Notes under the pieces: model-generated
Told to the model about the DNA's origin: nothing
Databases searched by the model: none
Seen by the model: only the letters and a program-made list of their open reading frames with translations
DNA from: Candidatus Nanoarchaeia archaeon
GTDB taxonomy: Archaea; Nanobdellota; Nanobdellia; Woesearchaeales; GW2011-AR9
Assembly (NCBI GenBank): GCA_035289385.1
Contig: DATDXI010000066.1
Coordinates: 1,548-65,547 of the forward strand
DNA length: 64,000 bases
Direction: 5' to 3'
Shown: piece by piece, positions 37,281 through 46,287 of the stretch
Position numbering within the stretch: the stretch's first letter is position 1
Layout: each line of letters begins with the position of its first letter
Made by a program: the position numbers and the translations under genes

Positions 37281-37439
37281 TTATTTCTCCCTTTTTTGCT
37301 GTGTTGTTTTCTCTGTGAATTTTAGTTGTCCCTTTTCTTGGGGATAGAGCTGCTGTTCAAACTTCTTTTTTCCGAAAAATATCCAATATAACGTCAAATT
37401 AGCGATGACTATCAAAAACAAGACTAATGCTGTTTCCAT
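37281..37439 (-). CDS. 52-aa single-TM protein (not in ORF track)
   Basis: METALVLFLIVIANLTLYWIFFGKKK...; TATA at ~37463; 3 nt before the next gene. Confidence 0.6.
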   Translation of the reverse strand: METALVLFLIVIANLTLYWIFFGKKKFEQQLYPQEKGQLKFTEKTTQQKREK

Positions 37440-37480
37440 ACGGAGAGATAGAGCAGAATTACTTATAAATTATTCGTTAC

Positions 37481-38746
37481 CTACCGGAGAAGGTGTGTTC
37501 TTCGTCCATACGTTTCTAGAATCGTTTTTTCTTGTTCGGGATCCATTTCATAACGGCCTTTCTCTACTTTTCTGACACCTATTCTCTGCATAAATCCAGT
37601 AAATGATCCTAAGGGGATGTCATATGTTGATGTGATTTCTGTGAACGTCCAGACTTTAGCAAGGGTGCCTGATCCGTTTCCTTCTGAAGATACATTATCT
37701 GCTAGGTTATCTGAGGGAGAGTTTTTCACTATTTTTTTTTTCCCCAGACCTAAGCGGTTGATCCTATCGTAAAGGCTCTTTTTGCTAATGCCAAGGCGCT
37801 TGGCGGCCATATTTTTATTCCCTTTGGTATTTGCCAAAGCGGTGAGAATACATGAACGCTCAGTCTCTTTCAAAATGTCGTAGATGGTTCTTTCCTGTCT
37901 TCTTTCGGTTGTTTCTGTAGTTTGAGATAAAGATGTCCAATCATAATTGATGTCCTCTGCCTGAATTTCACCTGCTCCTCGTAGGATGATAGCTCTCTCC
38001 ACGACATTCTCCAAATCTCTTACATTGCCACCCCAGTCATAGAGCTTCAGCTTTTCCTGTGCTGCTGGAGAGATGCCCGTTACTTCTATTCCATGATCCT
38101 GGGCATATCTTTCTATAATATATCTAGCTATCAGGGGGACATCATCAATCCTGGCGCGCAAGGGAGGAAGTTCTAGAGGAAAAGCATTGAGGCGATAAAA
38201 TAGGTCTTGCCGAAAAGTTCCTTTACTCATTTCGTCTTCAAGATTGCGGTTTGTCGCGGCGAGAATTCTTACATTGACAGGAACAGGGGTATTGCTTCCT
38301 ACCGGGAAAACTACGCGCTGCTGAATCACTTGAAGCAGCTTTGCCTGTAAATGGGGGGACATTTCTCCAATTTCATCAAGAAGGATAGTCCCTCCTTCAG
38401 CAGCTTGAAAATATCCCTTGTAGTCTTTTATTGCGCCAGTAAATGATCCTTTAGCGTGACCAAAAAGCTGAGATTCTAAAACTCCTTCCGCAATTCCTGG
38501 ACAATTTACGGTAAAGAATGGTTTTGCTCCACGGCCATTTCTGTTGTTGTAATGAAGAGCAGCAGCAACCAATCCTTTTCCCGTTCCTGTCTCACCGGTA
38601 ATCAAAACGTTGGTTGGCATGTCCACAAGGCGATTGATAAAACCATAGAGTTGCAGCATTTCAGGAGTTTGACCAACAATAGGCCCTTGGCCATGTTCTA
38701 TCATATATCGGCCAGTCTCTGGAGAATAATGTCTTATTTCTGCCAT
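37481..38746 (-). CDS. Sigma54-interacting AAA+ enhancer-binding protein with Fis-type HTH
   Basis: GETGTGKG, ESQLFGHAKGSFTGA, LLDEIGEM, FRQDLFYRL, WGGNVRDLEN, AAKRLGIS..SLY. Confidence 0.93.
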   Translation of the reverse strand: MAEIRHYSPETGRYMIEHGQGPIVGQTPEMLQLYGFINRLVDMPTNVLITGETGTGKGLVAAALHYNNRNGRGAKPFFTVNCPGIAEGVLESQLFGHAKGSFTGAIKDYKGYFQAAEGGTILLDEIGEMSPHLQAKLLQVIQQRVVFPVGSNTPVPVNVRILAATNRNLEDEMSKGTFRQDLFYRLNAFPLELPPLRARIDDVPLIARYIIERYAQDHGIEVTGISPAAQEKLKLYDWGGNVRDLENVVERAIILRGAGEIQAEDINYDWTSLSQTTETTERRQERTIYDILKETERSCILTALANTKGNKNMAAKRLGISKKSLYDRINRLGLGKKKIVKNSPSDNLADNVSSEGNGSGTLAKVWTFTEITSTYDIPLGSFTGFMQRIGVRKVEKGRYEMDPEQEKTILETYGRRTHLLR

Positions 38747-38790
38747 CTTATAGCTAGAAAATCACTCATTTATAAATGTGATTGCAACAA

Positions 38791-39011
38791 GTATGTATTA
38801 AGTTCTACAACAAAAATAGTGGCAGGTCGGAAAATTCAGCGAGACTTAATGTAAGAAGTAGCTTGATGAGTGATAGTTTAAGCAAATGGTCTCGCAACTA
38901 GCCTTGTTTTACAAAGTTCTTAATGAATTTTCCCTCTTGACGTTGACCTGAGCGAGCAAGAAGCGAGCTCTTGCATTTCAGACCACTATTTTGACCGAAC
39001 TTAATACATAC
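38791..39011. mobile_element. MITE-like element, intact copy with a 37-bp nested insert
   Basis: TIR GTATGTATTAAGTTC/GAACTTAATACATAC; 8-bp TSD TGCAACAA at 38783-38790 and 39012-39019. Confidence 0.92.
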
Positions 39012-39157
39012 TGCAACAATCTTGTCGGAGAAGGAAATGAAGTTTGCATTCTCTTTTCATCACTAAAACATTAAGGATAATCCTACCTATTCTACCACCA
39101 AAAACTTTAATAAGCATTTGGCAATTACTGAGGTAGTATAGGGGGTCGGCATAAAAG

Positions 39158-39793
39158 ATGGTGAAAAACTTTTTCAAAGTTTTACTGAAGAAACTTTCTA
39201 TGAATCCTTTCGCTAAGAAAAGCCATGTTAAGCTAGGTCTCTATGGTCCGCCGAACGGGGGAAAAAGTACCTTAGCCAACCGGATCTGCCAGGACTGGCT
39301 GGGAGAAGAGATGTCCTCCGTTTCTCATGTTGCTCACGAAACGAGAGAAATAACGATCAAAGAGCAAGTGAACATCAAAAATAAGAAGGGCAAAGAATTG
39401 ACCTTTTCTGTCGTTGATACTCCAGGTATAGCTACAAAAATAGATTATGAAGAGTTCCTTAAGAAAGGGCTGAAAAAAGCGGATGCTAAAAAGCGGGCCA
39501 AGGAAGCTACCAAAGGAGTCATTGAATCTATCAAGTGGCTTGATGAGATGGATTCTGTCGTCGTTGTCCTTGATGCTACGAAAGACCCCTATTCCCAAGT
39601 CAATATCACCATCATCGGCAATTTACAGGCAAGAGATATTCCCGTATTGATCGCGGCAAATAAAGTGGATCTAAAAAAAGCAAATATCGAAGCGATCCAG
39701 GCAGCATTTCCCCAATATAAGATTGTGGGCATCTCCGCAAAGTATGGGAAAAACATCGAAGAGTTCTATGAACAGCTATTCCAGCTGAACTAG
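39158..39793 (+). CDS. oapA: Era-like GTP-binding protein OapA
   Basis: GPPNGGKSTLANRI, HETR, DTPG, ANKVD; precedes DUF2073. Confidence 0.88.
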   Translation: MVKNFFKVLLKKLSMNPFAKKSHVKLGLYGPPNGGKSTLANRICQDWLGEEMSSVSHVAHETREITIKEQVNIKNKKGKELTFSVVDTPGIATKIDYEEFLKKGLKKADAKKRAKEATKGVIESIKWLDEMDSVVVVLDATKDPYSQVNITIIGNLQARDIPVLIAANKVDLKKANIEAIQAAFPQYKIVGISAKYGKNIEEFYEQLFQLN

Positions 39794-39895
39794 AACTATC
39801 CTGCCTTGGCCATAAGAAAAGCTGCTAAAAAGGTGCAAGCGCAAAAACATTTAAAAACATAGAAACTATCCCTCAACCTAAAAAGAAGTGAAACC

Positions 39896-40300
39896 ATGGT
39901 TACTTTCCAATTTATACCGTATCAGGAAGTGGAAAATCTAGGTTCAGCTAAACGTGTCAATAAGCTGCTGAACATCGTCAAGGAAGATAAGATTGTCATC
40001 ATGGAAGGCCGGCTGACCAAGCAAGAAGAGGCAGATCTTATTGAAATAACGATGGAAGAGATTTCTCCCAAATTTAAGGGGATAGAATTAAGTGTTGTTT
40101 ACCCTGACAAGAAAGACCAACGCCCGATGCAGAAGATGAAAGGTGTTTTTGCCAATATGCTTCTGGGAGATAGGATGGGGCTGACCATCATCGGCCCGGC
40201 TTCTGTCGTCAAGAAGATCGAAAACAATCCCGATCGGATTGAGCTGTTTATGAACGAGGGGAACGCTCCTAGATTTAGAAAAAGAAGGCGTAACCATTAA
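39896..40300 (+). CDS. oapB: DUF2073 protein OapB
   Basis: EGRL...EEADLIE.TM, F.GIE, GLTIIGPA. Confidence 0.88.
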   Translation: MVTFQFIPYQEVENLGSAKRVNKLLNIVKEDKIVIMEGRLTKQEEADLIEITMEEISPKFKGIELSVVYPDKKDQRPMQKMKGVFANMLLGDRMGLTIIGPASVVKKIENNPDRIELFMNEGNAPRFRKRRRNH

Positions 40301-40302
40301 CG

Positions 40303-40698
40303 ATGCCACACCAATGCGTGCGATGCAGTACTCTTTATCCCGATGGCTCACAGGAGATTCTGCGCGGCTGTACTTGTGGAGCAAGATTGTTTTTCTACAT
40401 CAAGAAGAAAGCTCTTGAGGAAGGGAAAGAGCTCATCAACAATTTGACGGATGAAGAGAAAAAGAATATTGAGAAAGATGTTGCAGAGATCGTCAACATC
40501 AAGCAGGAAGATCCTGATGCTCCCGTTATTCTGGATATTGAAGCCATTCGTGTCTTAAAGCCAGGGAAATATGAATTAGACCTAGTTCATCTGTTCAAGA
40601 AAGATCCCTTGATCATCAAGTTAGAGGAAGGGAAATATATCATTGACTTGCCGCAATTATTTAAGAAAGAAGATGATAAGGGCAAGAAAGGGAATTAG
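40303..40698 (+). CDS. oapC: Zn-ribbon protein OapC
   Basis: MPHQCVRC...GC.CG, IE.IR...PGKYELDL. Confidence 0.9.
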   Translation: MPHQCVRCSTLYPDGSQEILRGCTCGARLFFYIKKKALEEGKELINNLTDEEKKNIEKDVAEIVNIKQEDPDAPVILDIEAIRVLKPGKYELDLVHLFKKDPLIIKLEEGKYIIDLPQLFKKEDDKGKKGN

Positions 40699-40739
40699 TC
40701 TTTACTGATTTTTTCGGTTGTTTTTTTTTGCTTCTCTGC

Positions 40740-41252
40740 TCACATCTTGCTTTTCTGTGCTTTATCGGAGATGATGGCAGAATGGCCGGAAGGGTCTTCG
40801 ATGATGATCTTTAATTTCTCCCTGCCAAGAATAACGTTATTTAATTTCTTGATCATGTTTTTTGCTTTTTTCTTTGCTGGCTCTTCATCTTCAGCGTCAG
40901 CGGCAGATTGAATTATCTTTTTTACTCGCTCAATCAACCCTTCAACGTTGGTGATGTATCCTTCGGAGACTGGGCCTGGCTCAATGGTGATAATATGAGG
41001 AATCTTTAATGTCGCTTCTCCCGATTTCACGATCTTGATGCTCATGTCTTCTTCAGCTTCAACTTCAAAGGTATATTTGCAGGGGTCTTTCGTCTCTGCC
41101 GGCTCGACGTCAGATCTTCTATAGCCGCAGCCTTCACATTCTGCGCATAAGACAAAAACTCGGCCAAAGTGAGGGATATCTACTTCTTCTTCTCGTAACG
41201 TCAGCTTCTTCTCTTCACAAAAAGCGCAAGGCTGGTTTTTTATTTCTGCCAT
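40740..41252 (-). CDS. ZPR1 zinc-finger protein
   Basis: CAFC, IPHFG, CEGCGYR, PGP.SEGYITNVEG, EDPSGHS. Confidence 0.92.
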   Translation of the reverse strand: MAEIKNQPCAFCEEKKLTLREEEVDIPHFGRVFVLCAECEGCGYRRSDVEPAETKDPCKYTFEVEAEEDMSIKIVKSGEATLKIPHIITIEPGPVSEGYITNVEGLIERVKKIIQSAADAEDEEPAKKKAKNMIKKLNNVILGREKLKIIIEDPSGHSAIISDKAQKSKM

Positions 41253-41377
41253 GGACCAGAAAAAGCGGAACTGATTTTTAAAGCTTTCTGAGCTTGAGGA
41301 TGCTGGAAAAAGAGCAGGCTAGAAGTTGCCGATAAAGAGGAAATTTTTATAAATGGTGGTCAAATAATCCTTGAAGT

Positions 41378-41485
41378 GCACCGGTAGTATAGTGGTTAGT
41401 ATGTCGGCCTTCCATATAGGAAGTGTCTTTTGAGGCTCTTCTGCGAAGGGAGCCGATCACCCGGGTTCGAATCCCGGCCGGTGCA
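41378..41485 (+). tRNA. tRNA-Gly(TCC) with a 36-nt intron at 37/38 (41415-41450)
   Basis: GCACCGG/CCGGTGC acceptor stem, TCGGC/GCCGA anticodon stem, GGTTCGAATCC; bulge-helix-bulge with CTTC/GAAG helix. Confidence 0.93.
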
Positions 41486-41648
41486 TAGTTTCTTTTTTTC
41501 TTTTCAATAAATCTTTTATATTCGCAATAATTCCTTTTCTCATCCAACCATATTCGAAAGAAGAAGTTAGGCTTGTGAAATCCGCGTGGTTAGCGCTAAG
41601 CTGTAAAACTTGTCTCGAAAGTTTTGGTTGGAGGATTTTCTTACTTGG

Positions 41649-42311
41649 TCAAACCATCGATTCCTGCTGTCCCGGCGGCTTATATGCTAGAGCAGAATCC
41701 TTTTCCCAAGCGCGGCGCAGCACTTTATTATGGGTGAATAATCGCCAATACCTAAATCGCTCTAATTCCTGATGGCTGATCCTGTTCAAGTCTCCGAATC
41801 TTCGTACTTGCAACATCCTTTCGACGATAGAATGAGCGTGCTGTTCTGATAATAGACCAACAGATTCTTCATTTCCTGAAGAGTACTGTTCGCCAGATGA
41901 CGTATGCTGTTCCGAAGCTGATTGATGGGATTTTTCTAATGTCGTGCCATAGCCCCACATCTTTTGGTAGTCAATGGCCGATACCTGCTGAGCGTGCTGG
42001 AAATAAGCTATCTTTTCAATGAGACGGCTGTATTTCACACCTGCTTGTTCTTGCTCTTTCTTTTGCAGCGTTTCATCGGAAGCTGATAATAGAGATTTTT
42101 TCTTTTCGGGAGTTCTGGCTGTCAAAGGCTTTTCTTCCTTTAATTGCTGGATAGCCAGAAATAATTCTTCATTGAATGACGTGTAGCGCTGCAGATCTAA
42201 TCTGGTCCTCTCTTTGTCTGGAGAGCGGGAACTTTTTTGTTTTGCACCTTTTTTTTGGTGATAGAAGGTAGAAACATCCATCATCCCGGCAACGATCCTA
42301 TCCAATTCCAT
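41649..42311 (-). CDS. Hypothetical protein
   Basis: 220-aa ORF with AIDYQK motif. Confidence 0.7.
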   Translation of the reverse strand: MELDRIVAGMMDVSTFYHQKKGAKQKSSRSPDKERTRLDLQRYTSFNEELFLAIQQLKEEKPLTARTPEKKKSLLSASDETLQKKEQEQAGVKYSRLIEKIAYFQHAQQVSAIDYQKMWGYGTTLEKSHQSASEQHTSSGEQYSSGNEESVGLLSEQHAHSIVERMLQVRRFGDLNRISHQELERFRYWRLFTHNKVLRRAWEKDSALAYKPPGQQESMV

Positions 42312-42374
42312 ATGAAGAGAGAAAGAAAAACTCCTTTTATATTTTGTGGGTCAAGGAATCAGACCAAGAATAAA

Positions 42375-42559
42375 AAAATATTTATTTTTTATAACGAAAA
42401 TAGTGGCAGGTCGTAAAATCCAGCAAGGCTTACTCTGAAAGTGAATGTATTCCCATAAGTTTTAAGTGGAAAGCCTTGCAACTAGACTTGTCTTACGACG
42501 CTTTTAATGGATTTTACCTCTGGACCTTGCCACTATTTTTAACCGAACTAAATACGTAC
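42375..42559. mobile_element. MITE-like element with degenerate left end
   Basis: Intact right TIR and nested stems; imperfect TSD AGAATAAA/ATAATAAA. Confidence 0.85.
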
Positions 42560-42570
42560 ATAATAAAATT

Positions 42571-42847
42571 ATTAGGGGCATGCCCTCGGTCGAATATACT
42601 TGGCTACTGCAGCTGAACCCTAACGGCTTCTCGGACCTGCGCTCCTCTGAACATGGACAGTACAGGTTATGGCTGCTTTCTTCCGAATCTGACCAGATTC
42701 CCAGCATCGCCATCCCAAAGGACAGATCGTCAGCAAAGACGCCAGGACTGCAATAACCCCGTAAACCCTTCCTCAGGCTTCGGCTCCGTGTAAAGTCCGT
42801 TCACGGTGACAACGCAGGACTAGCGCGCCAGCCTAGCTTACCCTAAT
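42571..42847 (-). ncRNA. ffs: Archaeal SRP (7S) RNA
   Basis: GC-rich ~275 nt; helix-8-like TCAGATTCGGAAGAAAGCAGC; terminal helix ATTAGGG/CCCTAAT; TATA at ~42870. Confidence 0.88.
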
Positions 42848-42919
42848 CTCTAGCTTGATTCCTGCAAACTTATATAAAATTTTGGGTAAAAGTTGTTCTT
42901 TGTGGTTTTTTGTTTTTTT

Positions 42920-43570
42920 TCAGAATTGTTGTATCTTCTTGATCGTCAATTCTTTGAAATCACTTATGATCATGTCACAACGTGAAAGGTTTTGGTCATC
43001 ATTAAAGCCATTTCTGATCCCAATACATCTCATCCCGGCATTTTTGGCAGCAAGAACTCCGTTATGGGAATCTTCAATAGCTAAGCATTCTTTGGGATTT
43101 TTCTTTAATTTTTTTGCCGTGTAAAGATAAATCTCCGGGCTAGGCTTTCCTTTGCCGCCAGAATCTTCCGCGCTGATGATCAGCGTGAAAAATTTGCTGA
43201 TATCAATCCGTTCGAGCAGCCAATCAATCCAATGCCGTGGAGATGATGAAGCCATGGCAATGGTGTATTTTTCTTGGTTCAACCGCTGGAGAAGGTCGAT
43301 GCTGTTGGGTAATAGTTGTGTTTTCTTTTGGTAAATAGCAAGGGCTAATTGGTCATAGCCTTTCAAAAACTCTTTTTTGCTCACTTTCATCTTGAATTCT
43401 GAGACTAAATATTGGTAGAGGTTATCAACGTTCATCCCAATGATCTTTCTCTCGTGCTTGCTGTTCCAAGTGGGGATAAGCTTTTTTAAGAACGGCATTT
43501 CATCTTTCTGCCAGTACAATTCTGAATCTATCAAGACTCCGTCAAGGTCAAAGATGATGGTCGTTATCAT
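42920..43570 (-). CDS. HAD-family phosphatase
   Basis: FDLDGVLIDSE, ASSS, KPSPEIY, IEDSHNG. Confidence 0.92.
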   Translation of the reverse strand: MITTIIFDLDGVLIDSELYWQKDEMPFLKKLIPTWNSKHERKIIGMNVDNLYQYLVSEFKMKVSKKEFLKGYDQLALAIYQKKTQLLPNSIDLLQRLNQEKYTIAMASSSPRHWIDWLLERIDISKFFTLIISAEDSGGKGKPSPEIYLYTAKKLKKNPKECLAIEDSHNGVLAAKNAGMRCIGIRNGFNDDQNLSRCDMIISDFKELTIKKIQQF

Positions 43571-43688
43571 AGAGGTGATTACTTCTTTGAGGGATATAAA
43601 TGTTTTGAATTGTTGCTTTGCTTTGAAACATATTTCTGTCAAACCTCTGCCAAACATTTTTATAGAGTCCACAGAATTCTTCAAGAAC

Positions 43689-46028
43689 ATGGTGGAATTG
43701 ATCATTACCGAGAAACCTTCTTCAGCAAAAAAAGTAGCGGAAGCTTTAGCGGAAGGGAAGCTTGACCAGAAACGGTCAAAACAGTCTTCCTATTATGAGT
43801 TGACTCATGGGGGGAAAAAAATTATCGTCACCTCTGCCGTCGGGCATTTGTATGGATTGGTTGAAGATAAAAGAAATGGTTGGAATTATCCGGTGTTTGA
43901 CATCCGCTGGGAATCATCTGACAAGTCATCCAAGGATCTAAAGTATGTTAAAGATTATATTGATACCATTACTTCCTTAGCAAAAAAATGCGATGAGTTT
44001 ACGGTAGCGACGGACTATGATGTAGAGGGAGAAGTCATAGGGTTAAATGTCGTTCGCTATACGTGCAGCCAGAAAGATGCCAACAGGATGAAGTTTTCCA
44101 CTCTTACCAAGGGAGATCTCATTGAAGCTTATGACCAGAAAATGCATCATCTGGACTGGGGGCAGGCATTTGCCGGGGAGACAAGGCATAAATTAGATTG
44201 GTTTTATGGGATCAACTTAAGCCGTGCGTTAACTGCTTCCGTGAAAGCAGCAGGCAGCTTTAAAGTGATGTCTGCTGGAAGAGTGCAAGGGCCGGCATTA
44301 AAATTGTTGGTGGATAGAGAGCGGGAAATTCAAGCATTTACGCCGGAACCCTATTGGGAAATTTATCTTGATGGTGATTATAAAAATCACGCTGTGGAAG
44401 CGAAACACATCAGCGATAAGATTACAGATAAGACAGAAGCGGAACGCATTTTGCAAGTTGTCAAAGGGAAGAAAGAAGCGGCAGTTAGCAAGGTCAGCAG
44501 GACGATACGGAATCAAGCTCCTCCGTATCCTTTTGATTTAACCACCTTACAATCAGAATCATATGCCCAGTTTAAATTCACGCCAAAAGAGACATTAGAA
44601 ATTGCCCAAAGTTTGTATCTTGCGGGAGTCACTTCTTATCCCCGTACCAGCAGCCAGAAACTTGATCCAAAATTAGGCTTTAAAAAAATATTTACCGATT
44701 TAGCAAAACAGAGCATCTATGAAAAGATGTGCAAGGAATTGCTGAAACTTCCCAAACTTCAGCCGAATGATGGGAAAAAGACGGACCCGGCACATCCGGC
44801 CATCTATCCCACTGGCCTTATGCCACAAGCTCTTAAACCGAGAGAACAAAAGCTCTATGATCTTATCGTCAAGAGGTTTATGGCAACGTTTGCGGAGCCT
44901 GCTGTTCGGGAGACGATGGAAGTTATTCTTGCTGTCAATAAGGAAGAATTTATTGCTAAAGGGACGAGAACGATTAAAGAAAACTGGCATGTGTTCTATA
45001 AGCCCTATGTGAGGCTGGATGAAATAACATTGCCGGACATGAAGGAGGGCGAGCAAGTCACTGTTAAAGATATCCGGAAGGAAGACAAGGAGACGCAGCC
45101 TCCCAATCGCTTTAACCAGTCATCGATCATCAAAGAGCTTGAGAAAAGAAATCTGGGGACGAAAGCGACGAGGGCTGATATTCTTGATAGGCTATTCCAG
45201 CGAGGTTATATTGAAGGTGTGCAGATCAAAGTTATGAAGCTGGGGATGGAGACCATCGCCGTATTAGAGAAATATGCTCCGACTATCGTTGATGAGAAAC
45301 TTACTGCCGATATAGAAGGAGAGCTGGAGAAGATTAGAGAAGGGAAACAGAAGCCGGAAGCGGTCTTAGGAAGGGCTAAAGATATTTTGACCGACTTATT
45401 GCAAGACTTTAAGAAAAAAGAAAAAGTTATCGGGAAGGATATTCTCCAGTCCGTTCGTGAAACTCAGGATGAGCAGAACCATATCGGTGAATGCCCGAAA
45501 TGTAAAGGGAGATTGATGATCAAATTTGGGAAGTTTGGGAAATTTATCGCCTGTGACGGTTATCCTGCTTGTAAGGAGACATTTAAGATCCCTTCTACTG
45601 GGATGATCAAGAATTCTGAAAAAAAATGTGAAGCCTGTACGTATCCGATGATCAAGGTCATTCAGAAAGGGAAACGGCCACAGGAATTATGTATCAATCC
45701 TGCCTGTAAGAGCAAGATCCAGGCAACGAAAGCAGAAGCAAAATCGGACAAGAAATGCCCTAATTGCGGGAAGGAGATGCTCTTGCGAAAATCATTTTAT
45801 GGCCAGTTCTGGGGCTGTAGCGGCTTTCCCAAGTGTAAGACGATTGAGAACATCGCCTCATCAGGGATGGAAAAGAAGCCTGTGGAGAAGAGCGGGGATA
45901 CGTCGCTTGATAAGGCTGCTAATGTTGTATCTAAAGTTCCTGTTGATGATTCTTCTAAGGCTTTAGTGGATGATATTCAGAAGGTTTCTAAGAAAGCTGC
46001 TGGAAAGAAGAGTAGTTTGAAGAAGTAA
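43689..46028 (+). CDS. topA: DNA topoisomerase I (type IA) with C-terminal Zn ribbons
   Basis: ITEKPS, GHL, ATDYDVEGE, SAGRVQ, SYPRT, LGTKATR. Confidence 0.96.
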   Translation: MVELIITEKPSSAKKVAEALAEGKLDQKRSKQSSYYELTHGGKKIIVTSAVGHLYGLVEDKRNGWNYPVFDIRWESSDKSSKDLKYVKDYIDTITSLAKKCDEFTVATDYDVEGEVIGLNVVRYTCSQKDANRMKFSTLTKGDLIEAYDQKMHHLDWGQAFAGETRHKLDWFYGINLSRALTASVKAAGSFKVMSAGRVQGPALKLLVDREREIQAFTPEPYWEIYLDGDYKNHAVEAKHISDKITDKTEAERILQVVKGKKEAAVSKVSRTIRNQAPPYPFDLTTLQSESYAQFKFTPKETLEIAQSLYLAGVTSYPRTSSQKLDPKLGFKKIFTDLAKQSIYEKMCKELLKLPKLQPNDGKKTDPAHPAIYPTGLMPQALKPREQKLYDLIVKRFMATFAEPAVRETMEVILAVNKEEFIAKGTRTIKENWHVFYKPYVRLDEITLPDMKEGEQVTVKDIRKEDKETQPPNRFNQSSIIKELEKRNLGTKATRADILDRLFQRGYIEGVQIKVMKLGMETIAVLEKYAPTIVDEKLTADIEGELEKIREGKQKPEAVLGRAKDILTDLLQDFKKKEKVIGKDILQSVRETQDEQNHIGECPKCKGRLMIKFGKFGKFIACDGYPACKETFKIPSTGMIKNSEKKCEACTYPMIKVIQKGKRPQELCINPACKSKIQATKAEAKSDKKCPNCGKEMLLRKSFYGQFWGCSGFPKCKTIENIASSGMEKKPVEKSGDTSLDKAANVVSKVPVDDSSKALVDDIQKVSKKAAGKKSSLKK

Positions 46029-46287
46029 TTTGTGAAGACGTAATTTTCTGAAGAAGTATTCTGTCCTTTATTCTGTGAAAATATGTACCTTATTCTGTAA
46101 AAAATCTGCCTTAAAGCATCTTCCTTTCATCTTGTTTCACCTTGTTTCAAGGATGAATTAAATATAACCCTCTCTTCTAGATCCTTAGAAGTTTGGCGGA
46201 TATCTGGTGAAGAGATTGCCGATTATCGTGAAGATATTATCCGGATATCAACAATAGCAATGCAGAGATGCGTTGGGAGGAACGACA

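Noticed and set aside
38750..40698. Replication origin next to oapABC
   Set aside because: No cdc6/orc1 gene or ORB-like repeats seen; the upstream palindrome is explained by the mobile element
41347..41547. 66-aa ORF
   Set aside because: Antisense to tRNA-Gly
42504..42713. 69-aa ORF
   Set aside because: Overlaps the SRP RNA and the mobile element
46020..46160. Short imperfect direct repeats after topA
   Set aside because: Low-complexity, slippage-like; no consistent unit
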